DNA of 18,175 bases from Candidatus Micrarchaeia archaeon (GTDB lineage Archaea; Micrarchaeota; Micrarchaeia; Micrarchaeales; CABMGC01), in NCBI GenBank assembly GCA_049964835.1, contig JBMFWW010000001.1, positions 195,789 through 213,963 of the forward strand. Direction: 5' to 3'. Positions within the stretch are counted from its first letter, which is position 1. Every line of letters begins with the position of its first letter. A program made the translations under genes and the position numbers. Under the pieces are notes generated by a model. It searched no databases. It was not told the DNA's origin and was given only the letters and a program-made list of their open reading frames with translations. This document shows positions 1 through 8,215 of this stretch, one piece after another.

Positions 1-560
1 GCGGTTTTCTTATAGCATTTGTCATAGCTGCTCTAATAATATTTCCAACAATTTATTTAATGGAGTATACAGCATTTAGTTCTAATACCTTAACTCCGGT
101 AGGAACAAATCAAATACCTACCTTGGCGTTAACGGGCAAGGATTTTAATTCTAATATCATACATTATAACGGTGTTTCTGCAAACTTTTTTGTTTTTCCA
201 AACGCAGAATATATTTTAAATAATGATGGATGTTGGCCTCACGATGGCCTTATAACACAAGAGCTTTTAGTTATAGGTGCTTACGCAACTCCTATATACG
301 GTCTAATACTAGGCCTTGTCAATGTTTATGGTTCATTTGAGAGTACAAATGTGCAAACAATACCAATTCCATACTTTAACTGCACGCCACAAAACGCGAT
401 AAACTCAATTTTTGATTTAATGAATTTATATGGTATAATGTCAATAGTAGGTTTAATTTTTCCATTGATTAATATCTTTATCGGTATAACAGCAACGCTT
501 GGAATATCCGGTCTTTTGGGTGGAACTACAAGTATATTAGGTCTTAATAGATTGTTATGA
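1..560 (+). CDS. CedA/VirB6-like polytopic membrane protein, paralog 1 (5'-truncated by window edge)
   Basis: The frame of ORF 60..560 is open back to base 3 (GFLIAFVIAALIIFPTIYL-M). This segment matches the G-x-L-[IM]-A...[FM]-P helix of the next three ORFs. The C-terminus (ISGLLGG) matches their LSKILGS/FSNALGE/LANFIGG ends. ATG 60 is therefore internal. Confidence 0.75.
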   Translation, partial: GFLIAFVIAALIIFPTIYLMEYTAFSSNTLTPVGTNQIPTLALTGKDFNSNIIHYNGVSANFFVFPNAEYILNNDGCWPHDGLITQELLVIGAYATPIYGLILGLVNVYGSFESTNVQTIPIPYFNCTPQNAINSIFDLMNLYGIMSIVGLIFPLINIFIGITATLGISGLLGGTTSILGLNRLL

Positions 561-569
561 GTTTTTAAT

Positions 570-1814
570 ATGAATACAAAAAAGAATTTATTGTTTCTTT
601 TACCAATTTTCCTAACAATAAGCGTAATTGGTGGCTCATCAACAACCACAACGTACTCTCCGACTTATTGCAATGATTTATTTAATAATGTACACGGAAT
701 AGTAAGTCCAGCAATATACACACTTTCTACATACACCGATTTGTTATCATTAACCGGTCTAATAATAATAGGAGTAATAATTTTTATGTCATTTTTATAT
801 GGCCTAGGAGTTGCATTTGGTATAGATAGTTTCAAAGCATTCGCAAAAACCGAATTTGTCGAGTCATTCGTAAACATACTTATACTAATGTTTGTTGTAA
901 GCGGTATATTTGCTTCATCTGGTTTTATGTCCTTTTTTTCAAATTTGAGTTCGTCGGTAGTACCATCTACAATCCAGCAACAAGTAAACTCTGCGACTGG
1001 TATTAAAAATGTGTATGTAACAACATGTAATAATATACTAAATACTGAGGTACTTACCGGAATAGTTATACTTTTTGGTTCGTACGTTCAATTAATTGGC
1101 TATCAATTACTTTCAGGACTAACAGTTCAATTTTCATTTTCAGGAAAAAATTCATTCTCACTAGGTAACCTACTTCCAAGTTTCTCAATAACACCATTTG
1201 CAGGTTTAGGCATAACTCAAGCCTTTATTTACAGAGAGTTTGCTGCCCTTGCCGGATTCATAGGTGTAGGTATTGCAGTAATACTATTACTTTTTGTAAT
1301 ATACTTTCTTTTTCCAATACTATTTTTTGTAGGTGTTTTGTTTAGGTCATTTCCTTGGACCAGAGCCGCAGGAGGTTCACTAATAGCGCTTTTCATATCA
1401 TTCTTTATAATATTCCCATCGATATTATCTGCATTTACCTTTTCAACAGCTGGAAATATACTTTCAAATATTTCATCTTTATGTGCAAACCCTTCAACAA
1501 CCCAATCAACTTCAAAATCTTCTTTAGAAAGCCTTTGCATATCATCATCAGGAAGCAATATAATCTCATTTGCTCAGCAATATGGATTAGGTTCGCTGAG
1601 CGGAGGAGCATCATTAATAGGATATTTATTTGCTAATGGTTTTGGTTTTAATAGCAACCTCTCTTTATATTCGGAAGAGGTTGGATATTATGTAATAATG
1701 CTTTTAGGTTTGTTTATAGCATTTATCATATCTTATGATTTATTGGGCATATTGTCTAAAATACTCGGCTCTCCATCATTTAAGGGCAGTGACTTGTTTA
1801 GTAAGGTTATATGA
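570..1814 (+). CDS. CedA/VirB6-like polytopic membrane protein, paralog 2
   Basis: 414 aa with an N-terminal signal/TM and multiple hydrophobic helices. Motifs YGLGVAFGIDSFKAFAKTEFVESFVNILI and LFRSFPWTRAAGGSLIALFISFFIIFP. The ORF is solid; the family is inferred. Confidence 0.75.
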   Translation: MNTKKNLLFLLPIFLTISVIGGSSTTTTYSPTYCNDLFNNVHGIVSPAIYTLSTYTDLLSLTGLIIIGVIIFMSFLYGLGVAFGIDSFKAFAKTEFVESFVNILILMFVVSGIFASSGFMSFFSNLSSSVVPSTIQQQVNSATGIKNVYVTTCNNILNTEVLTGIVILFGSYVQLIGYQLLSGLTVQFSFSGKNSFSLGNLLPSFSITPFAGLGITQAFIYREFAALAGFIGVGIAVILLLFVIYFLFPILFFVGVLFRSFPWTRAAGGSLIALFISFFIIFPSILSAFTFSTAGNILSNISSLCANPSTTQSTSKSSLESLCISSSGSNIISFAQQYGLGSLSGGASLIGYLFANGFGFNSNLSLYSEEVGYYVIMLLGLFIAFIISYDLLGILSKILGSPSFKGSDLFSKVI

Positions 1815-2926
1815 ACGCTTTAATGTTGCAAAATATAGTTGTGTTTCTTGCAAACACCTGCGTAAGTAGCGTAAGCTCGTTTATTACATCACCATATACC
1901 TCTTGGTTTCCATTAGTGGTCATAGCGGTTTTAGCAAGCGCATTTATTCTAATACTAATATACACCCTTTCTACACTAATAAGTGCGAGTAAGGTAAGGC
2001 CTTGGATAAAAAATAAACTACTTGATCTTCTTATAACATTAATTCTTGTAGGTGCTTTTGGTACCGTATCAACAGCAATATGTACTGCTAATCCTAGTCC
2101 CTACTTCTTAAATGCAGGCATACTTCCGAATTTGTGCAACAACTCAAATGTTAATGATATTTATGCAATATCATTATGTGATTTAAATCAGTTTAATGTT
2201 TACACATTACAGTTCAATCAATATCTATATTTTACTTTACTTTTGTTTTCTATAGCTCCAAAAGTTTCAGGAACATTAAGTGTTGGACTCAGAGGAATTG
2301 GGAGCATAGCTGGAATAAATCCACAAGTTTCGGTAACTACCGGAAGCGTAGATTTAGATCCTTTTGGAAAAATAAATAGATTTGATGGTTTTGTTTTGCC
2401 CGCACTTTATACCTTTGCGGTTCTAAATGAGGTCACCCTTCTTTTACTTGCAGCATCGCCACTGCTTTTTGCATTGTTTCTTGCAATAGGATTAATAGCA
2501 CGTTCATTTGAAGTAACCAGAACCTTTGGAAATGGACTGATGGCTTTTGGTATAGGATTAGGTTTCATATTTCCAATAATTGTTAGTCTTAACTACGGTT
2601 TTCTTGATTATGGTATTCAGAATGCACAAACTTTAGGATTTGGCACAACTTCTTTAGGAGCAACACCATTAATACTACCAATAGTAAATCCAATAATTAC
2701 TTTTGGAGCCGCAATAGTTGGTTATATATCTGGTACCGGTTCACCATTAGGTTATGCCGCATCAATAATACCTGAATATCTATTCTTATACTTTGGTTTG
2801 ATAGTTGTAGGTATAACAATAATGCCAGTACTAACATTTACGATAGTTACTGGATTTGTATCAGACTTTTCTAATGCGCTAGGGGAAAAATTTGATTTCA
2901 GTAGTTTGTTGATAAATTTATTGTGA
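1811..2926 (+). CDS. CedA/VirB6-like polytopic membrane protein, paralog 3
   Basis: 371 aa, ATGA overlap with the previous gene. Motifs YTLSTLISASKVRPWIKNKLLDLLITLIL and IARSFEVTRTFGNGLMAFGIGLGFIFP. Confidence 0.75.
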   Translation: MNALMLQNIVVFLANTCVSSVSSFITSPYTSWFPLVVIAVLASAFILILIYTLSTLISASKVRPWIKNKLLDLLITLILVGAFGTVSTAICTANPSPYFLNAGILPNLCNNSNVNDIYAISLCDLNQFNVYTLQFNQYLYFTLLLFSIAPKVSGTLSVGLRGIGSIAGINPQVSVTTGSVDLDPFGKINRFDGFVLPALYTFAVLNEVTLLLLAASPLLFALFLAIGLIARSFEVTRTFGNGLMAFGIGLGFIFPIIVSLNYGFLDYGIQNAQTLGFGTTSLGATPLILPIVNPIITFGAAIVGYISGTGSPLGYAASIIPEYLFLYFGLIVVGITIMPVLTFTIVTGFVSDFSNALGEKFDFSSLLINLL

Positions 2927-2930
2927 TGCT

Positions 2931-4043
2931 ATGAAAAACTTCAAAATCATATCAATAATCGCTCTTGTCTTATTTACTTTGCAGATAAGTTTAGCATTTT
3001 CTCAAATATACGGCGCATCAATATCTACCTCACAACAGTCGTCAAACCAACAGTACTGCTCTACACCTTCTGGGATAGTACAACAAAATGCTCCTTGGTA
3101 CTGCAGCGAGATAAATCAGGCTATGATATCATATTGGGATAAATGGGCTCCGATAGCTCTTCTTGCATTATTTGTATCTTTTGATTCTGCACTTTTAATA
3201 TATCTCTTAAGTGTCATTTTAAGTGATGAAAAGATTAAGAACTTTGCAATGTCAGAATTTTATGAGGCAATAGCAACAGGTCTTATAGTAATAGGTTTTC
3301 TATCATTAGCTGCAACAATAATAGGTCTGGGACCCTCTTTAATAATAAACACTAATCCCTATACAACCTCTTTATCCTATATAAGCAATACAATAACTAC
3401 AACACAAGGAACAGTATCACAACTTTTTAATATAGCAGCTAAAGATAGCATTTATACCTCAACAAAATTAGAAATATGTGCATCTGCATTTTGTTTTTCA
3501 AATATAATAGGAGTATTTAGCTTTTCAATAAATTACTTATTTGTAATACCCTCTCTTACACTAATAACCTATCTAAATGATGGACTTACTCTTTTATATG
3601 GGGAATTTTATATTATATTACTGTTTATGTACGCCGCAATACCTGTTTTCTTAATACCAGGTATAATTCTTAGAGCAATACTTCCTACTAGGTCTGTTGG
3701 TGGTTTAATGATAGCAATGGCCATAGGTTTTTATGTAATAATGCCCACATTATTTTCTGTAGCTTTCTACTTCACAAACACCTCACTTCTTAATGACTTA
3801 AATTATGCAACTAACTACCTCGCAGCAAACTCTGCAGGCGGAAATGCACAGATAAATGCAGCTTCCCAAAACTCGCCGTTGGTAGTAGAACTTAATCTCT
3901 TAGAACAGGGAATGGGCACCTTCTGGCTTTCAGTCCTTTTTTACCCGATACTTATATTTGGATTAACTTATGCCATAATAATTCAGTTGGCAAACTTCAT
4001 AGGCGGAGCCACTCAAACTTCTTCAAGATTGAAGATAATATGA
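2931..4043 (+). CDS. CedA/VirB6-like polytopic membrane protein, paralog 4
   Basis: 370 aa, GTGAT just upstream of the ATG, N-terminal signal peptide-like segment. Motifs YLLSVILSDEKIKNFAMSEFYEAIATGLI and ILRAILPTRSVGGLMIAMAIGFYVIMP. Confidence 0.75.
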   Translation: MKNFKIISIIALVLFTLQISLAFSQIYGASISTSQQSSNQQYCSTPSGIVQQNAPWYCSEINQAMISYWDKWAPIALLALFVSFDSALLIYLLSVILSDEKIKNFAMSEFYEAIATGLIVIGFLSLAATIIGLGPSLIINTNPYTTSLSYISNTITTTQGTVSQLFNIAAKDSIYTSTKLEICASAFCFSNIIGVFSFSINYLFVIPSLTLITYLNDGLTLLYGEFYIILLFMYAAIPVFLIPGIILRAILPTRSVGGLMIAMAIGFYVIMPTLFSVAFYFTNTSLLNDLNYATNYLAANSAGGNAQINAASQNSPLVVELNLLEQGMGTFWLSVLFYPILIFGLTYAIIIQLANFIGGATQTSSRLKII

Positions 4044-4171
4044 TGATACTGTGATATTAATCGAAGATAAAATTAAAAATAAAATTACAAATAGAGAGCA
4101 ATAGATAAAAATGAAATTTGATAAAATGGAAAATTTAAATAATAATATACTGATATATTCACAAGTGATTA

Positions 4172-5014
4172 ATGCAGGTTTTGTTTAATATGAAAATCGA
4201 TATGCTATTGTTTGTAGTTTTTGTAGGTATAAGCGTAGTTCTTGCAACAGGTGCTCTGTCAATACAAAATATAATTTTACAAATAATACTAACTATATTT
4301 TCATTATTTTTCTCAGTAGTTGCATTTTCTACAAAGTATTATACTTATCTATACCTTCCACTATTTAAAATGAAAAATAGAACTATAGTTTTAGATAACA
4401 AAGACCAGTTTATATTATCACCTTCTGGAAATACAATTACTCTAAATACAGATCAAGGTATCTACGCAACTGCATTTGTAAAAATACCTATATATCGTTC
4501 ATCTACAGAGATGACTGATTCAGAAAAACTTGATTTTGGAAGAACATTCAGCAGAGTGATAACACTAACAAAAGAAACAACTAAAATGTCATCAGAGGTT
4601 TTTGTTGTAAATAAAGATGAATACATTAAAAAAATTAGAGACAAGGTAGATAATACCTCTGAATTGCTAAGAGTAGAGCAGTCTTCACAAAGTCAAAACA
4701 CTACAAAAATTACGCGATTGAAAGGAGAGCTTACTATGTGGGAAAACCTAATGACAAATATAAGCGGTTCAAAATCAGAAGGACTTGTTAGTTATATTAT
4801 GGTAAGTGCATTTGGAAATAATGACGAGGAAGCTTCAAGTATAGTATATCAAAAAGCAGACGAAATATCTGGTGGAGTTAGTGCTGCGTTAGGAATAAGT
4901 ACTTACGTAGTTGAAGGTCAAGAATTACTTTCCCTAATAGAGCCGGATTACATGATACCGCTAGAAACAGTAAATGAGATTATACGGCAGAAGAGCATAA
5001 AAGAGGGAATATGA
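4172..5014 (+). CDS. 2-TM membrane-anchored protein with cytoplasmic alpha/beta + coiled-coil domain (VirB4 N-terminal-domain-like, paralog A)
   Basis: 280 aa; GTGAT precedes ATG 4172 (ATG 4190 is an alternative start). Two N-terminal TM helices, then a soluble domain that aligns by eye with 5024..5848. Confidence 0.65.
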   Translation: MQVLFNMKIDMLLFVVFVGISVVLATGALSIQNIILQIILTIFSLFFSVVAFSTKYYTYLYLPLFKMKNRTIVLDNKDQFILSPSGNTITLNTDQGIYATAFVKIPIYRSSTEMTDSEKLDFGRTFSRVITLTKETTKMSSEVFVVNKDEYIKKIRDKVDNTSELLRVEQSSQSQNTTKITRLKGELTMWENLMTNISGSKSEGLVSYIMVSAFGNNDEEASSIVYQKADEISGGVSAALGISTYVVEGQELLSLIEPDYMIPLETVNEIIRQKSIKEGI

Positions 5015-5023
5015 GTGATATGA

Positions 5024-5848
5024 ATGGATGAAGAAACTGTAATGTATCTCGGATTATCTTGCATAACTCCATTTGTTTTACTAATAACTGCGTCAAGTCT
5101 TGGCGCTATAGGTATAATTATTGATATTTTTGCAGTATTGGCAGTCGCAGTAATTCTTTTAATAAACTATGCCGATTTCTTAATATTCCCACTAGTAACC
5201 AAAATTTTTGGCATAAAAATACAGTTATCAAAAGAGTATTACTGTCCAAAAGAACAGAACTGTGTTATTAAACAAGTTGGTGGAATATACTATGCAACGG
5301 GCTATCTTACTGCTAATTTATACAACTACGTTTTCAAATCTGAAGGTTCAAATATGTCTGATGATGATCAGATAGTTTCCGGACCTCAAAAATGGGAACG
5401 TATCGTTATGAATGTAGATTTTCCATTCAAATTTAATGTAATTTCAAATTCTAAAGATGTTCAAAAATACAGAGAAGATTTAGAAGGTGAACGTGGTTTT
5501 CTAGAATTTCAAATCTCTAGAGAATCAAATTCGGTAAATCCAAATCAAATGACGCTTACAGAACTGGAACGTAAAATGAATATAATACAAACAAAAATAG
5601 ATAAAATGTCCTCTGGGGAGTTACCACTTAATACGATAATGTATATAGAGACTACTGCTGTTGGTATAACTGAAAAGGATGCGACAGATTCACTTACAAA
5701 TCAGCTCAATATGTTAGAAACAGTATTTCACACCTTTGATGTAAGTATAGTAAGAGTTGTAGGCAGAGAAATACACACATTACACAAATTAAATTATGTG
5801 CTTTATGATGCTGCAGCGATGTCTAAACTATTCCAAAATCAGAAGTAA
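5024..5848 (+). CDS. 2-TM membrane-anchored protein with cytoplasmic alpha/beta + coiled-coil domain (VirB4 N-terminal-domain-like, paralog B)
   Basis: 274 aa, GAGTGAT upstream. Two TM helices, then DFPFKF...D..KY...L and YIETTAVG..EKDA...L...RVVGREI pattern. Lies directly upstream of the ATPase. Confidence 0.65.
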   Translation: MDEETVMYLGLSCITPFVLLITASSLGAIGIIIDIFAVLAVAVILLINYADFLIFPLVTKIFGIKIQLSKEYYCPKEQNCVIKQVGGIYYATGYLTANLYNYVFKSEGSNMSDDDQIVSGPQKWERIVMNVDFPFKFNVISNSKDVQKYREDLEGERGFLEFQISRESNSVNPNQMTLTELERKMNIIQTKIDKMSSGELPLNTIMYIETTAVGITEKDATDSLTNQLNMLETVFHTFDVSIVRVVGREIHTLHKLNYVLYDAAAMSKLFQNQK

Positions 5849-5911
5849 GCGTATAATTTTTTCTATACATACTATTTAATAATTTCACTGTTTATTTTAT
5901 AATTGATAAGT

Positions 5912-7417
5912 ATGACTTTGGTAAAGATACAGACAATGATGAGTAATGAAGTATCTAAAAGAATATTTTTAACTAGGCCTCCTGAACCCCCATATGAGTA
6001 CATTCTTAATGATCCCACAAATTCAATATTTATAGGTACAAGCAAAATTTTCAAGGTACCTTTTACCTGGACATTTTCTAATATAACAAATCCACACATA
6101 TCTGTAGTTGGAATAACAGGGGCGGGTAAGTCATTCTTTGTAAAGACATTCATAACAAGAGCAAGTTACATATGGAACACCAACGCCATAATAATAGATT
6201 GGGCTGGAGAGTATATTTCGTGGGTTAAGCAAAGCGGCGGCAGGGTTGTTGCGCTATCAAAGGGTGATTACTTAAATATTATGGATTTATCTGGAATGAA
6301 ACCTATAGATAGGACAAAGCAGATAATGAACTCACTAGATATATTAACTGACATATCACTTTATCCGGAGCAAAGAAGGCTTACTGCCGAGGCTATAGAG
6401 CAATCATATCTTAACATGGGTTTCCCATTAGCTTCTCCGCCTCAGCCAGGCAAAGAGCCACCAACACTAAAAGATGTTACTAAACTGCTAGATGAAAAGC
6501 TTCAGGAAGGTACATACGAGTATCCTGCTGAACTTGAAAATGCTATTTATCGTCTTAGAGAGTTTTCAAGAGAGGGTGAGGACTACTTTGCTAACAAAAG
6601 CACAATAGATATAGGAAAGCTTACTACTTCTGGTTTGGTTGATCTTGATTTATCAAGCCTTCCCGATGAGAGGTTCAGAGCAATGGCAGCTCTTTTCATA
6701 CTTCAAACATTAAAAGAGAAAATGCGCCTCGAAAGTTGGAGTTCTTCTGCAGGTCTTAAAACTCTTGTTGTTTTGGATGAAGCGTGGAAGGTAGCAAGCG
6801 ACGAAAGAAGCGATGCAGTTACTATAATACGAGAAGGAAGAAAGTATAGCTTTGGATTAATAGTTGCATCACAAAATCCTACAGATGTAAATGAAGCCAT
6901 ATTCTCAAATGTTGGTACAACATTTATGTTAAGAATAAGGTTTGAAAAGTTCATGAATTATCTTCAAGGTTCACTTAATTTCTCAGATTTCATAAGAAAT
7001 GAAATAAGTAAATTAGGTGTAGGCCAAGCTGCTATTGATATGGCATTTAATACTGGAGTTAGATTCCCAAACGTATTTCTTGTAGATAAAATAGTAGGAG
7101 AGTTGCCTATCGATACATATTCTTTATACATTTCAGATATTTTATCAGAACAGGAATTAAATAATAATGATATAAAGAAGGAATACGACTTTGATAAAGT
7201 AACCTTCAATTCAATACTAATAGAACTTGGTTTTGATATGGCATCCATAAATAAGCTAATTGATTATATGAATAGTTATGGCCGAAACGTATCAATAAAG
7301 GACTTTGTAAAAGAAGCAATATCTGAAGGCTTAAGTAAAACTGTACTTATTAACTTTTTACGTTCGATAGGCCTTGGCGAATCTTTAATATCAAGAGTAA
7401 TGTCATATGTACAATAA
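5912..7417 (+). CDS. VirB4/CedB-like (FtsK-HerA superfamily) P-loop ATPase with extra C-terminal helical module
   Basis: Walker A NPHISVVGITGAGKS, IIIDWAGEY, Walker B LVVLDEAW, arginine-finger region IREGRKYSFGLIVASQ. Start uncertain: TTG 5903, ATG 5912 or ATG 5936. Confidence 0.88.
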   Translation: MTLVKIQTMMSNEVSKRIFLTRPPEPPYEYILNDPTNSIFIGTSKIFKVPFTWTFSNITNPHISVVGITGAGKSFFVKTFITRASYIWNTNAIIIDWAGEYISWVKQSGGRVVALSKGDYLNIMDLSGMKPIDRTKQIMNSLDILTDISLYPEQRRLTAEAIEQSYLNMGFPLASPPQPGKEPPTLKDVTKLLDEKLQEGTYEYPAELENAIYRLREFSREGEDYFANKSTIDIGKLTTSGLVDLDLSSLPDERFRAMAALFILQTLKEKMRLESWSSSAGLKTLVVLDEAWKVASDERSDAVTIIREGRKYSFGLIVASQNPTDVNEAIFSNVGTTFMLRIRFEKFMNYLQGSLNFSDFIRNEISKLGVGQAAIDMAFNTGVRFPNVFLVDKIVGELPIDTYSLYISDILSEQELNNNDIKKEYDFDKVTFNSILIELGFDMASINKLIDYMNSYGRNVSIKDFVKEAISEGLSKTVLINFLRSIGLGESLISRVMSYVQ

Positions 7418-7429
7418 AGTGGTGATTAG

Positions 7430-7726
7430 TTGCAAAATACTTTTGTAGTTAGTAAAATTGATCTCAAAAAGATGTTATCTCCTTTAGGCGTAAGTCCTGG
7501 AAGCATAGAATCAATTTTAAATATACTTGACAAATCTCATAAGCATGTTGATGCGATAGCCTTTGTAGGAATGCTACAAAAATTAGGTCTAAGTTCAGAT
7601 AATATAGAAAATATATTAAGAAGAATAGGTATAGACGATACAAGAATTATAGAGATATTTAATTCATTAGATGAGGAAAAAATAGAAGCAATGTATGGTA
7701 AAGTTGCTGAATTAAAGGTTGAATAA
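7430..7726 (+). CDS. Small all-helical protein, paralogous to the ATPase C-terminal module
   Basis: TTG start preceded by GGTGAT. Stop abuts the next ATG. Gapless 74-aa alignment to the ATPase tail. Confidence 0.8.
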   Translation: MQNTFVVSKIDLKKMLSPLGVSPGSIESILNILDKSHKHVDAIAFVGMLQKLGLSSDNIENILRRIGIDDTRIIEIFNSLDEEKIEAMYGKVAELKVE

Positions 7727-8186
7727 ATGGCCGTTGATAAAAAAAGGAAGACTTATTGTATAATGTGTGGCAAGGAAAAAGAGGGTATAGAAATAAAGAC
7801 AGACAATGTGATAAATTCAATACGTTTCATTAAGAAAAAACTATTTCATTCAGAGAAAAATAATAGGCTTGTTGTTTGCAAAGAATGCTATCCTATTTAT
7901 ACAAAAAATAGGAAACGATACATATCCAGACAAAGATTATACATAACATTAGGAGTACTGTTTATAATTTTTTCATTAATACTCTGCGCCAAATATAGGA
8001 ACTTTTTTGCTATCCTTATTAATACTAATAATATTATATATCATTTCATTACTTAATTATACTCCTGAACTGTCGATTTCAAGTAATAATAAAGCTAAAT
8101 TTGCATTATTTACAAATAAACAAGATAAAGATTCATTGTCTTCAGCAAAGAACGGTGTAAAGAATAAAAACGTAACTAATAAATAA
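7727..8186 (+). pseudogene. Zn-finger (CxxC...CxxC) membrane protein with apparent frameshift near 7980-7986 (pseudogene or sequencing error)
   Basis: ORF 7727..8056 has CIMC and CKEC plus one TM helix. The +1 frame, open 7980-8186, reads SAPNIGTFLLSLLILIILYIISLLNYTPEL...NK*, a clean second TM helix that fills the gap to the next gene. Confidence 0.65.
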
Positions 8187-8215
8187 GTTCAATAATTAGT
8201 TATATCTGTGGTTTC

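Noticed and set aside
4044..4171. Small ORFs or a pilin gene in the 128-nt gap
   Set aside because: Only 17-25 codon hydrophilic A-rich frames, with no TM helices.
5912..7417. ATPase as the DNA-repair helicase HerA
   Set aside because: No N-terminal HAS barrel and no nurA/mre11/rad50 neighbours; the membrane-protein context favours VirB4/CedB-like.
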